From Gonapodya sp. JEL0774 (Eukaryota), in NCBI GenBank assembly GCA_027604505.1, contig JADIIX010000039.1, positions 124,001 through 173,767 on the forward strand: a DNA stretch of 49,767 nt, in the 5' to 3' direction. The first letter of the stretch is position 1. Every line of letters begins with the position of its first letter. A program made the position numbers and the translations under genes. Of this stretch, positions 23,991 through 37,430 are shown one piece after another. The notes under the pieces were generated by a model, which saw only the letters and a list, made by a program, of their open reading frames with translations, was not told the DNA's origin and made no database searches.

Positions 23991-24725
23991 TCAACCAAAA
24001 TTTGAAACCAAGCACTGTCCTCTCACCGCTATTATAACAATCGCAATGGCTAAAAACACTCCCATAAACATCATTCTTCGTCGTCGTTTATCTTCTAGTT
24101 TGCTTCGCTGCCGTTTTCGTATTGCATCTCGTGCCTTTTCCGCGCGTTGAACATCCAGAGCTGTGAGTATGGAAGGTTCCAGATTCTCGTGTGTTACAAG
24201 ATTGCTCATGGAGTTTGACGTGCCGAGATCGGGGTGGGAGCTTCCAGAGGTTATTTTGTTTGCTCGTTTGATTGGATTATCGAGTGGGCTGAGTACAACC
24301 TCTTCCGATACATTTGCAACAACCGGCGTTTCAATGTTTCGGAGCTCTTCGAGAGTCGCTTCCAGCACAGTGCTGTCCCTATTCGATGATCCCACTAACG
24401 CCTGAATTTGAATGGAGTTCCGAGTGGCTACCGCGCTGGGAACATTGGTTCCAAATTTAGGCGTTTTCCTTGTTTCTTCGAAATTATTACTGTTTCTCAA
24501 GGAAGAGCCGAGAGCCATTTCTGCCTGATCAGACACCCGCACTGACCCAGGGAAGTCCGTTCCAAACTTCGGCGTCTTCTGACTTCCGATTTGACCATTC
24601 GACGATGCAAGGACGGCGGCAAGCTGATCAGTCAGTTCTACTGGTGGTTGAGCTTGGAAAGAAGCTCTCGAGGAGCGAGGAACATGTGATCCGAATTCGA
24701 ATGTTCTCATGCTCTCTGGCTGCAT
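23991..24725 (-). CDS. Hypothetical protein with internal TPKFG-like repeats, a basic coiled segment and a C-terminal hydrophobic helix; termini uncertain
   Basis: 244-aa ORF ending AEKARDAIRKRQRSKLEDKRRRRMMFMGVFLAIAIVIIA. A branch-point-like ctgac and an aag acceptor just upstream suggest a further 5' exon. Confidence 0.55.
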   Translation of the reverse strand: MQPESMRTFEFGSHVPRSSRASFQAQPPVELTDQLAAVLASSNGQIGSQKTPKFGTDFPGSVRVSDQAEMALGSSLRNSNNFEETRKTPKFGTNVPSAVATRNSIQIQALVGSSNRDSTVLEATLEELRNIETPVVANVSEEVVLSPLDNPIKRANKITSGSSHPDLGTSNSMSNLVTHENLEPSILTALDVQRAEKARDAIRKRQRSKLEDKRRRRMMFMGVFLAIAIVIIAVRGQCLVSNFG

Positions 24726-25421
24726 TCTTGCAGAGGTGAGTCAGTTTGATCGAGGCGGGAACGAACAGAAGTAAGCTCCAGAGTTATGTGGACTGTACTG
24801 GGGTTGAGCCCCGTGTTGATGGTGTCAAGGTCTGCGAATTGTTTGTACACTTCTCCATGCGAACGCATTGATCGGAATCAGGATGATGCAAAGTCTCTTT
24901 AGCAGTCTGCTCAAGTTGGAAAAGTACACCTTTCGAACCTTGAACCTGAACGCAGTGGCAGTCTACCCGTTAGCAAATTTGAACCTCATTGTTTTGGCGC
25001 AGCGCCGACCAAGAAGAATCCTGATCACCCTGTCCCTGACTGCAATAACGTCCTTGGACGTTTGTAGCCTTCATTTGTGAATCGGTTGCAACTTTGTACC
25101 GCCCGGCACGGTTTTTATGGACCACCAATCAGACCTTGAATTCCAGGTGGAAACTCTAATCATGATATCTTTCCCATTATTAGATTCTATTGTAATTATA
25201 TATGAATTTCGAAACCGAATGCCTATTCTGAGTGGTTGACCTATTTTATTCAAATCGACGGTCTTCTCTGCGCTCATGCGAACTTGAAGGCCCCGCAGGT
25301 ATTGACATTCTGCTTCTGGATTCAAAAGTTGGTGGGGGAGGGTGCACCACCGGAATGCGAAGCCATACGGTGGTCTCATGCGTACCCTCTGTACGATTTT
25401 CTGGAGCAAGACGTCCACTGA

Positions 25422-28400
25422 ATGCCTCCAAAAAGGGCTGTCCATTCAACACGAGGACGTGGACGAAGTGCAATTACTGGGGAAATTGTCTCATCATCGA
25501 GCATTCAGGCGCATTTTCGTTCGAGGAAAGTTCGAGGAAATGGCGGCGCCATGCCAGGCAAGAAGACTTCGATCGCAGGCGATGCGATGAGTGCCTCGAG
25601 TGCGGCGAACGCAGAAGTCGATTCGGGTCCTCAGAACCGTGGAGGGGACGGGACGCCATCATTATTCGATTTGGCTTCCAACCTGCCCCCACCTCCGAAA
25701 CTTCCAGCTTACAAATGCCCTATTGCGAAGCGTCAACCTTTTAAGCCAGTCTCACTAGAGAGATCTCTCGGATTCAATGTCAGAAGGCCGCCATTGCTGT
25801 CTTCTCCCCCGCCGTCTACCATCCGAGTGATTGGAAAGCCGCCAAAGAAGCGAAAACGACCACCTTCGACTCAAACCACGCCAGAAACGCACAAAGATCC
25901 GGATTTGAGGAAGCCTTCGGCCACTCGGACACGTCAAGCCAAACGTTCGCAAAGCCCCACATCCCGAAGCTCAGAGAACTGTTGCCGCTCAGGTCACCTA
26001 CAATTATTTCCACTTCCACAGCCCTCATCCTGCAAAGCCAATTTAAATGACCCCTGTTGTATTCAAACCCATGACCACTTTTGCTCCTCTCCAGAGGAAA
26101 AGCCACCGTCATACCCCCGACATCTCCTGGAGAGTTCAAACACCTTGAGTGAGGACGTTCGTACTTCTCACCGAGTGGAAGTAAAAGACCAAAGTACCGT
26201 CGAGGCAAATCTTGAGGATTCTTTTGGGCACTATATCTCCTCTTTTGATGAACCTGACCCTTTTGCTGGCTCCGACGCCGATTCGGATGCCGGCGTCTGT
26301 GAACCCGCCCCGACCACGCAACTTGCCTTCGCTGGACAAAATTCGTTGTTTGCACCAACCTTTGGTGAAGGTGATGTCTTTGGAGAGACAAGTCACTCTG
26401 CAATTAATTATGAGCGGAAATTGGGCTCTGTAAGCTACCTGTCGACAAAACAGCCGAATTCTCGCGAGAATGCGCTCGCAATGGTTGCCGCTGATGCTTG
26501 GGAGACTTCGCAGCACGTTTGGGTGGGTTCGGATGACGGAGTTACGGGCGACGAGGGACCACCACAGTACAACACGTTGGATATAAACAGCGAAATCTGG
26601 GGTTTGCAAGAGGTGGCAGATGATGGGGTGATCATTTGGAGGGACTCTATTGAGTGTGTACACGGCAACTGGCATGACAATTCGCGGTCGGATGCATTGA
26701 CTCCAGAGAAAGCAGAAGTCGCCCAAGAAACTGATGCTGTTGTGCGAGAGGATCCGCTCGCTCGAAATGGAGAGAACGAAGGATTAGAACTTCCAGAGGA
26801 TCCATCAAAATTGTGCCCTCACCAATCTGCCAGTATCCCGCAGAAACGCGCAAATGCAAACCGTGAAAGCACACGCAACTCGACGTCTACACAGTTTTTT
26901 GCTTCTGTTGGTGGAGACGAGGACCCTGACTGGGCGTTTGCTGAGCTGAGAACTGCCAATTTCAGCAGACTACCATACAAGGGGTTTTGTGTTGGTTGCG
27001 CCGGCGTACGCTCAACAGATCAGGGCGGCTTTAGCAGCACCGCGAATAATGCTCGGCTGGAGAGTGTGACCGCTGCCGACAGTGTTGGACAAGAAGGTAC
27101 TGCAGATGAGGGGCCCCTCCCGGCTCTGGGAGCTGCCCCCATTGTCACCAATTATGATTCTGTCGCGCTTTCTACTTTAGAGAATGCGAATCATTTGATG
27201 GGAGCCACCGATGCTAGGACTCCAACGTGTTTAATTAACGCTCTTACTACCGGTGATGTTGCCATCCCAACTGAAACCAATCCCGCCACAACTCTGCCAA
27301 GAGAAAACTTAAAGCCTCTCGATCCAGTGCTTCCCTCGGACCCCCCACTGACCAGGCTCCGTCAGACAGTAACTGACTATCACTCGCACACATCATCCCC
27401 TCAGCATTCTTCAAAAGGTCCCCTTGATTTTAATATCCCACCGATTTCGGAGTACGTGATAAAAAATGAATTGGACGGGGTTGATCCTTTATTGCAACTG
27501 GTGTGTTGATCACTCTTGTTTTGAAGACGTTTACGCAAGAGATTGACTCATATAGCGATGTACTTTCCCTGCGCTCCGTCTACAACGCTACCTACTCTGA
27601 TGTGCCGCCAATGTACTGATAGGGTCATCCGGACTTCTCACTTCCACCAGATATTGTCACGGCCTATGAGAAAGAAGGGATAGTAGAAATGTATGAGTGG
27701 CAGGTAAGTCTTGCCTCTTTGCAACTCTAAAAGCTTGCGCTTCTATACCATTCACATGTTGCTATAACTTTTCTCGCCTTTCTCAATTTGAAGCGTGAAT
27801 GTCTCCTCACCAATGGCGTATTGACTGGCAATCGCAACATCGTTTACAGTGCTCCTACGGGAGCGGGTAAGACTTGTGGGTCTTGGGGAGATCCAGTTTG
27901 CATTTTAGCCTGGACCCAGTATTTTTGACACCCATTTTAACGTAGTGATCTCCGATATAATTTTATTACGGCGTCTCCTTTCTGCACGTGCAGCCGCTGC
28001 CACTGGTTCCTCGAGCCGTTGCCGAGGAATGGTTGTGCTCCCTTACGTCTCTGTGGCTGCCGAAAGGAAGAAGCAGATGGAAACGGTTTTTGGGAAATGT
28101 GGGATATCCGTGCATTGCTTTTTTGGGACGGGAGGGAGTCAGGTTGCTGGAATGGACGACTGGGATGTTGGTGAGTGTTGACTCATTACCAACATCCGCT
28201 CGTGCTGGTTAATGCGAGGTATCATAATTCTGGTAGCCGTTTGCACCATTGAAAAAGCCAACTCTCTTCTTAACCGACTTGCAGAAGCCTCCCTTCTCTC
28301 TACTCTTTCTTGCCTCGTTATAGATGAAGCACATATGGTAGCCGATTCTTCTCGTGGCTATATTCTCGAGCTGCTTGTGACAAAGTGCATTTATGGGGCA

Positions 28401-31400
28401 GGAAGAGGCAACTGCCAGCTTGTTGCCATGAGTGGTACGTCCCACGGTTATTTGACAATGAGCTTCTTGATTGTGTCCGGTGACTCTCCCTGTACGAATC
28501 AGCAACGATACCAAATATCCAACTGCTTGGTAAGCCACGTATCTGATGAAGAATCAAAGTTGTGCTCAACATATTCTGACTTTACACTCCTTTCCAATAG
28601 CTTCTTGGCTTAATGCTGGGCTTTTTGTAACTGGATTTCGACCTGTACCTGTAACAGAACATGGTGAGTATTCCATGCGATGAAGCTGGTCGCCATTGGC
28701 AAAAAGTCATGCGTTTTTCATTTGGCATGTAGTTTACATCGAAGGAAAACTCTATGACCCAAACTTGAATGAGGAGCGCGTTTTGTGCAGGGATTTGCCC
28801 AAATCGGATCCTGATGGCCTCTGTGAGTCTCTCCTTCCCCGTCACTGCCACACGAAGTTTCTCTTCAATGTCTGATGTTCTCCAATGCTCGTGATTTTAA
28901 AAGTTCCTCTTGTCAATGAAACCACTGGTGGTGGGCATTCGGTCCTTGTTTTCTGCCCAACGAAGAAACTCTGCGAATCTGCGGCCATGTTGATGGGAAA
29001 GCTCGCACAGGATCCTCTAGATTCGGATGCCGTCGGGCCTCGGACGCAGTTGGTCATGGAATTGAGCCGTACACCCGGAGGCCTAGACCCAGTTTTGGAG
29101 ATTACAGTTCCCAAAGGAATAGCATACCATCACTCTGTAAGTGTTGCACCGTGGCTTGTGGTGTGATCTGCGACTTGAGCTTGTATTTTTAACATGCTAG
29201 GGCCTGACCGCTGAAGAGCGAGAGCTTATCGAGCAGGCGTTTCATGCTGGCATCCTTAATGTTCTTACAGCAACATCGACACTTGCGTCTGGGGTTAATC
29301 TTCCCGCCAGACGTGTTATTTTCAGGGCCCCGTACGTTGCTCGCGAGATTCTGGATGCCGGATCGTACGTACAGATGAAAGGTCGTGCAGGTCGGAAAGG
29401 CAAAGACACCAAAGGGGAGTCCGTAATTATGTGCAAGCAGAATCAGCTCGACGATGTTCGGACCCTGCTTGCATCCAAGCTGCAACCGATCACATCCTGT
29501 TTGACCCACGACATGAAGGGCATGAAAAGAGCCCTAATGGAAGTTATTGCAACCAGAATGGTGAAAACCGAGAGTGACGTGATTGATTACCTGGAATGCA
29601 CATTGTTGTATGCGGAGGAACGCGGCAACAAAGACGCCTCTCCAGTCGTCATGAGAGAAGAAGCATCCAAAGGAGGTGGATTTATCCTGGGGAAGGCATG
29701 GGCTTCAGCGAGGAGTGCTCTCCATTACCTCACTGACCAGGAAATGGTGACGAGAGTTGATTCTGGCTCGATGTTGCACCTTGGTCATTTTGAGAACCAG
29801 AGCGAGCAACGATCGTTTGAATCGCCATCACCGGGGGTAGCTTACACTGCAACACGTTTGGGAATCGCGACCATGGCCAGTTCTTTGAGTCCGGAAGAGT
29901 CGATGTGGGCATATCAAGAGTTAAAATCTGCTCAAACGCACTTCGTGCTTGAAGATGAACTGCATGTTGTCTATCACGTGACACCCATCTACTATCTGCC
30001 ACCCCCCAACTGGAAACGATTTTTCGATATATGGCTCACTATGTCAGAAGTGAAAAAACTTGTGTTGGCTGCGTTGGGTGTCAACAATGCAGAGAGTATA
30101 ATTCTCACACTCAGGAGAAACAGCAAGGCCGCAGATAAATTTCCTGTCGAGGATGTGATGAGACTTACAAGGTGAGTTGCCACCATTTGAATTTGTTAGT
30201 GTCAATTATGGAGCGAATCTTCCAGGTGATATTACCAGTTATCTCTTCTGATAATCTTGCGACAGGTTTTATGTGTCGATGATGCTCCATGACCTCATCA
30301 AAGAAGTACCGTTTATAGAAATAATTCAGCGATACGATGTGAATAGGGGCATTTTGCAGCAACTTCAAACTCAGAGTGCAACGTTTGCGGGGATGATAAC
30401 GATATTTTGTGAAAGGTGAGGTCTCTTTGCGTTTCCGATCAATGTGCTCTACCTCCTGTAATGTTTTGTTTCAGGCTTGGCTGGAATCTCATGAGGTTGA
30501 TTTTGCATCAGCTTCAAGAAAGGCTTAGTTTTGGCATTGAGAATGTGAGACCATCCTTTGCTCTTATTGTTATTGAACTAATCGAAATTTGTGATTCGGG
30601 TTGGTCAGGAACTTTTGGAACTTGTTCGAATCCCGCACGTCAAAGGTATGCCCATCCACTCACGAGATTTCTGTCCTCGTTCATCGCTCATCGTGGGCGC
30701 TATGAAGGCACAGGTGCCCGTTTACTTTGGAAGGCTGGCCTGAGAACATTGGCCGCTGTGGTATGCTGTAATATGATGAGCCAGTAAAGTTGGGATCTCT
30801 CTAATGAATGCCGGCTATCTTTCAGGCGTGCTCCACACCCAATGAAATATTCCACCATCTATCGGAAGGTCGTCCTTTTCAATCCACTAAGAGGTCCATT
30901 GACGGACCTTCGAACGAGGATTATCAACGTCGAATTGAATATCGTGCTGCACACTCGATTGTGCAAGCCGCCCGATGTATGATGGAGAGTGAAAGTCCCT
31001 ACGGCAAGACTAAGACAAAGGAGGACAAATCTGCAACCGTCGGTTTTCGACCTCTTCTGGCGCTCTGGGGCCGACAGCAAGGACTCCGCGAAATTGATTG
31101 TATGGTCCCCATCAAAACTCCATTAGCAGATCCTGGCATCACAGTTCCTGGGATTGATTCTTCTCCTTCGTCAATTGCTGTGGGGAGCCAGGTCACCCGG
31201 GCCATCATTCGGAGCGTTCATCCAGGATCCATTACGATCGCGGGACAAGCCAAAGCCCAAGTAGCCTCACGAGAAACAAGCGCAGGATTGGCAAAGAGTG
31301 GACATCTTGGTATGTCAAACGTCGAAATGGCATTTTCCGAAGCAGGGCAATCGAAGTCAATGGATAATGAGAAAGCAAACATAAACGCAACTGGCCGACC

Positions 31401-33806
31401 TCAACTTTGCAGTGGCAGTTTCCCTATCGGATCAAGCTCCAAATTTCAAAGGGCTCCTATTCTTGACCTAAAGCCGAACAACGTTCCGCAATCGTTTGAA
31501 AGGTTGAACGTCATGGAGGACCGAGAACAATTTGAGATTTTTCTGCGCGAATGGTCAGAAAACGCCACATGGGTGTTCTCCATTGCAACGCTGACAAAAG
31601 GAGATAATACTGTTATGACGGGTCTTGCCATCAGTTATGCGCCTGGTTATGTCTGTTACCTTGATGTCGAAAGTCCATTGTGGGACTGGAGCGTGATTCG
31701 TCAGCGCTTCCGCGACACTGGCGTGTTCAAAATTGCATTCGATATGAAATTGCACATGAAGCATCTGATAAGGAATGGTACATCCGCTCGAGCTTGGCTC
31801 ATGGACCCTCGTGTTGCATCCTGGTGCTTAAATCACGATGAGGAGGAGAAGCCACTTTCCAAGCTCCTAGAGCAACATTTACCGCTGCTGAACATAAAAC
31901 GGGGACCACGTACACCTTCTGATGTTGCATGCTTCGAGGTTCATCAAGTGTGGTTTCTAATGACCCATCTTGCCACTCGACTTGATCAGCAGTGTATGCT
32001 AGATCACTTCTTGAACATTGAGATGTCACTTAACTATATCCTTGCCGTAATGGAGGAGACTGGCGTGGGTTTTGTTCCCCACAGTTTCACCAACCATTGG
32101 GCGGTGTTCTCCCGCAGATTGCAGGAGCTCGAAAGAGAGGCATACAACTTAGCTGGCCACGTTTTTGCCCTCACCAATCCAGCTCAAGTCGCCGTTGTTT
32201 TATTTGACGAGCTTCAACTCGAGATTGTGGATCAAGGAGGAAACTTCAAAGACCCTAAGACTGCCACAGTAAATACAGGATTCGACGTTCGGCCTAGTCG
32301 CTCTGTACGCCGAAGTACGTCTAAGGAGATACTGGTCAATCTTGCTGCACAGGGCCACCGCCTTGCTGCAATTGTGCTCGAGCACAGGAGAATATCTTCA
32401 ATTGTGTCCAAGCACTTGTTTCCGCTGCAACATGCGAAAGTAAGAAGCGAGCATTTTGACATGTATCGAGTTCATACGACGTACGTCATGAATACGGTGA
32501 GCATTGGCACCAGTATCTCCAGGGTTAATTGTTTATAACACGTCGCGAAAACTCTTCTGAGTCCACGGGCAGAGTCTGTACTAACAACCCAAACCTCCAA
32601 AACATTCCACATCCGATTGCTCCCGCACCTCCTGACATGCCTTGGGAGCTTCATACTGTGGAGTCGGTGAATCTTCGGGATGCACTTCAAGCTTCTGACT
32701 CCTGCATGCTCCTCTCGGCTGACTATTCCCAGCTGGAACTGCGCTTGATTGGTGAGAATAAGTTGACGGCTGCATAAATTTTGAGTCACTGGAACCTCAT
32801 GATGACATGCTCATTCGTGAACTTAGCGCATCTATCCCAAGATCCGTCGCTCAAGCAGTTGCTTTGCTCTGGCGGCGATCTCTTTCGGCTTATCGCCGCA
32901 CAGTGGCTGTCGATTCCAGTTGAGCAGGTGACCACCAGCGCGCGAAAACAGGCTAAAACGGTCACCTACGGCGTTATGTATGGGATCGGTCCATCAAATC
33001 TCGCTGAGCAACTAGGCTCCACCGTGCCCGAAGCAGAAAGGTTCATCGTGGGAATGAAGAACCGCTTCCCAGGGTTTCAAAGATTTGTGGAGCAAACTAT
33101 CAAGAACTGCGAGGAACGCGGCTGGGTGCAAACGGTGCTTGGGCGACGGAGATGGTTACCGGCGATACACTCACACAACATTGGAGAAAGGTATGTTGTT
33201 TCTCAATTCAAAATCTGCTCGTGCATGGACGTCCCGACATGAACAATGCGGTTGAGCCAGGTCTCACGCACAGCGACAAGCCGTCAGTGGGTACCTCGAA
33301 CACATCAATGCAATCCTGTCAGATCGTCTCACTCGTAATATCGGGATCAACACTTTTTTGCAGACACCACTGTTCAAGGCTCCGCCGCGGATTTGGTCAA
33401 GGTGGCAATGATAAAGGTTGCAGAGCAATTCCGTATACGGTATGGGTGCTGGTTTGAGGTCGATGACGTCAATGTTACACCTGCACGACAGGTGCCGCAT
33501 CTGGTGTTACAGATTCACGACGAGTTATTGTTTGTGAGTTACAAGTTTGGTTGGATTGTCTTCCGAAGCATCACACATTCGTTTCCATGTTCTTTCCTAC
33601 AAAGGAGGTGCCCGAGAGCATCCTCGAAGAAGTCAAAGTAAGCGAGTTGTTTTGAGTTGGTGTTCCCGCCTCCGGTCTACCGTTCTCACGTTATGCCCAT
33701 GTCGCAGGGGATCGTTGCGCACTGCATGTCGACGGCCATCACATTGAGCGTTCCCCTGCCTGTAAATATCTCGGCCGCAAAGAGTTGGGGTCAAGCTTCC
33801 CTGTAG
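25422..33806 (+). CDS. POLQ: DNA polymerase theta (SF2 Hel308-like helicase + family A polymerase), multi-exon
   Basis: Helicase motifs: [74 protein letters not shown]. Polymerase motifs: [80 protein letters not shown]. Whether the first 690-aa exon belongs to this gene is inferred from splice continuity. Confidence 0.95.
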
Positions 33807-34044
33807 ACCCGAACAGGCTCACGTCTAAGCACCACATGTATTTGAATATATTTGCATACTTTTCTTTTTTTGCAATTACGTATCGAGTTATGTTATATTT
33901 CCAATGGATATTCCAGCAATGCGAGAATTGCGTAGATGAATGCGCACATGAGAAAGAGGAAGGAGTGACAAACAAAACAAACTCCGCACTCTTACTCATT
34001 TCTCCATTCTACTGGCCGCCACTCTCTCGTTCCTCACTCCACAG

Positions 34045-35134
34045 TCACAATCTTTCCAGCTCACTGACGAAACCTTTGCTTCTCAGGTACTCCAGAGCAC
34101 CTTGAAGTGTTGGCACAGACGTGGCATTCACAGATTCTGAGGGGGGTGTACGACTCAATAGCAAGGAATGAAACCCCGCATTGATGGAGCCTAGGTAATC
34201 TCTACAACAAAATCATTGTTGGACTGAGCGACAATCGTGAATCAACTGTATCACAAACTTTTCGTAATCGTCTCCGATGTGAATGGCAAAGACCTCACTG
34301 CGAGTGACGCCCCACACTCTCTGAGCATTCCGCATTGCCTCCGTCCACATTTTTGGGTCAGGTTTCTCAGCATCCATATCATAGCTCGTCAGCACAAAGT
34401 CAAAGTATTTATCCAGGCGTAAGTTAGAAAGGATTGAAAAGAGGCGAGGATCCATGTTTGAAGCAACACCCAAGCAGGTGGGGAAGGAAGATGTGTGGAG
34501 TTGCTTCAGAGTAAGGTTCACATCGGAGAATACCTCGATAAATCGTAAATCAAATGCAAGCTGAAACGATTTGATTCATCCAGAAGTAGTCACAATCCAT
34601 GGAAGCACACCTCATACGCCTTCGCTTCTTTGAATCCCTCGTACAAGTCTTGCACGACAGAATTCCATCTCGAACCGGAAGTTTCTCGCGGATCGAGCCC
34701 TGCGCTGATTAGCGTTTCTTTTATCAAAGTTCCCCACCAGAGTCGGGAACCAAGGGTGCCCCGGCCAAAGTTTGGATGTAACGTTGAAAGTCGCCGACGC
34801 GCGGCAGGAAATGCCGACTCGATCATGTCAGCCGATGGAGGAACTAGTCCACGAGAGAGGCAGGCGGAGTGCTGATAACGAGTGGCGGTCACGTACGTTG
34901 AAGGTCTAACATGAGGTGTCATCTCACATATTGGGGTCCAATCCCGCCTTGTGGCCGAAACAGGGTACCGAAAGCATCTACAGATGAGAAACGATTTGAC
35001 AGCCGACCGTGATCGCGAGAAGACCGGTGAGCGCAGGCAACAGATATCGTGAGGCACACAGGGGCATCAGACACAAGGGAGCATGAGATCCCACCGAATG
35101 TGACGAGAAGGCACTTGGCATTATGGGTTCGCAT
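34045..35134 (-). CDS. HAD-superfamily hydrolase, HDHD3/REG-2-like
   Basis: Motif I LVTF|DAFGTLF, cap region HPNFG..LWW, motif II GVASNMDPRL, motif III EKPDPKMW and motif IV IHIGDDYEK|DYLGSINAGF. Confidence 0.9.
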
Positions 35135-35235
35135 CCAAAATGGGGTATTATTTGTGTAGTGTTCTACAACAGCGCTCGCTCGAACTTCTGTCTCAGCGAA
35201 ACAATATACATATTAAAATCAACTATTCACCGATA

Positions 35236-37430
35236 TTACCTCTTGCTGCTCTTCTCCTCAGTGATTTCCTTCAACAGCTCGCAAAGCTTTGTAGTTCCCT
35301 AATTTTCGAATAGTGGCCAACGATTGACTGACAGAACTCGCAGCGTGAGATTCTGTTGTTGCGCTTACCTCGATTAAAACATCCTCTCCATAATATGTGA
35401 AAGCCAGCCTAATGCAATTCGTGCTTCCCTTGCTGACCGGGGCGAACCAGATACCCGGAGCTAGGATCGATTGCGTACGCTGAGAGAGACCTCTTAGGAA
35501 GAAAAGTAGAGGAGACAAGAAACAAACCATAAGCTACTTTCTTTTCTGCGACCGCCCTTCCACGGATTTCAAGTGCATCCCAGTCATTGGGCAAGACAAT
35601 CCAACTGGACGAAGAGAACAAACAATGAGAGAATGCATCAATGCCCGAATTTGTTAGCGAGGATACAAAGCTCACATGAAGAATCCTCCCCACACTTTGG
35701 GACGCAGAACGCGGATACCCTCAGGTAATTCACGGTCCAAGATCCTCAGCATGCAGTGAAGACGGGAAGCATATGTTTCGCACAGACGGGTAATATGTTT
35801 GTCAAGAAGTCCGAGGCGGATCAGCGGAATTAGTAAGGCGGAAGTGAGTTGGTTGGGTGAACCCCCGGAGATAAACCTTTTGTGATGGGACAAGAGTTAA
35901 GACAGCGAGGACTACAATCATATAGAACTGATGCCTCACAGCGCCCTAAATGCGATACATGTTCATTCAATTGACCAAGTGTTACAGCAGCGTGATCTGA
36001 CAAGAACTCACGAATTTTGGAACCGGCTTATGATTTTCTTTCCCGCTTCAACCCAACCAAGTCGCATCTATAATAGAGTGAATGTTCCGAGAATGCAATT
36101 GGGCGCAGTACGACACGACAGATTTGTTCTCTCACACCAGGCCCGAATAGCTTGCTAAAGGTGCCATTGCTGATGATTCTCCCGTCGTCCTTATCTGTGT
36201 CGTACGAGTAAACTACTGGTGGAACATTGATATCTACTGGTTCTGATGTGGACCGGACAACGGTTGGATAGGAAAGAAAATCGTAGACGTCATCACATAT
36301 CACCTTCGGGTGTAATACTATTCGTCGAACAGATATCTCAGGTTGAAAGTTTGAATTGCAGATCTTACCAAAAGGTGATATTTGTAGGCGAGTTCGACAA
36401 GCTTTTGGCGCCGACTTGGGTGCAGGATACTGGATCTAGGGTTGTCTGGAGTAATTGATCGTAGGACAGTTTGGACAGCAAAACATCCGCATATTCTCAC
36501 TGAACGTAGGATTGCAGTAAAGCAAGAAAGGATAGCGGTCCGTCGCGCTGTCGAACTTCTTCTGTCCCATCCTGGGTTCCTCGCCGTGGAGAGCATATCC
36601 CTTGGATGCGAACCTCGCCTCCAAGCCACGTTCCAGAATGTCCATCAACATGCCATCGTCATCAGTTGGCACAGGAACAACCTCAAACGAGGTTGGATGA
36701 GAAGTGAAGACGGTGTACGCCAAAAAATAGGTGGGGTCTGTTTCCAACAACAGTCAGACCCCGCAATGGCAGAAACAAAGATGATGTCTGCAAACACCGA
36801 ACCTTCAAAAAACACAGTGGTTCCCTGATTCGAGAATAATGCAATAATGTTGAAAATGGATTGACTACACCCCGTGGTCAGTGCAAGGTGTTCGCTGTCC
36901 ATCGTGAAACGTTAGGGCTGTTCGCGCAGCTGCCACCAATTGCACAGAGCAAGCCTCTCACCTGTTCACTAATCTCCCGTACTTTTTTGACAACCAACTG
37001 CAAACGCATGGTACCAACCTCGCTCGTGAAAGTCGAATACTTAGGGAGGCTTACCCTGCCAATTCATGCAAAACTTCCCCATGGCCTCGTTGTGGTCCAT
37101 ATTGTAGAAATGCTCGTTGCCAATCCAAGTCTCCGGCCTCCTTCCAACTGAAAATGCCTCTTTAACAACACGCTGGGCATTGACAGAGTTGAAAAGAAAC
37201 GCCCACGCTTCTGCACAAGCCTCCCTCATCAGGTCCGCGGGAAGCAAATCAAGGCTTGGTGCTCCTAGATTCAAATTTATGAGGTCTGGAGACGTTACTG
37301 CGTCATACAACGTCCGGGGAGGGCCAGATTCGTCGGACAGTTTGTGAAGAATGGCTGACAGCTTTGATTGAAAAACGTTTGATGATGGGACATGGCAAAG
37401 ATCGATGATGAACGTGAAACGCAACAACAT
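35236..37430 (-). CDS. PLP-dependent class I/II aminotransferase (2-aminoadipate/aromatic aminotransferase-like), multi-exon; start uncertain
   Basis: INLNLGAPSLDLLP; LALTTGCSQSI; FFE|DPTYFLA; VPTDDDGM; LYCNPTFS|NP; RRQKLVELA..VICDDVYDFL; ISNGTFSKLFGPG (PLP lysine) |RLGWV; GGFF..W; CIRLAF. Confidence 0.92.
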
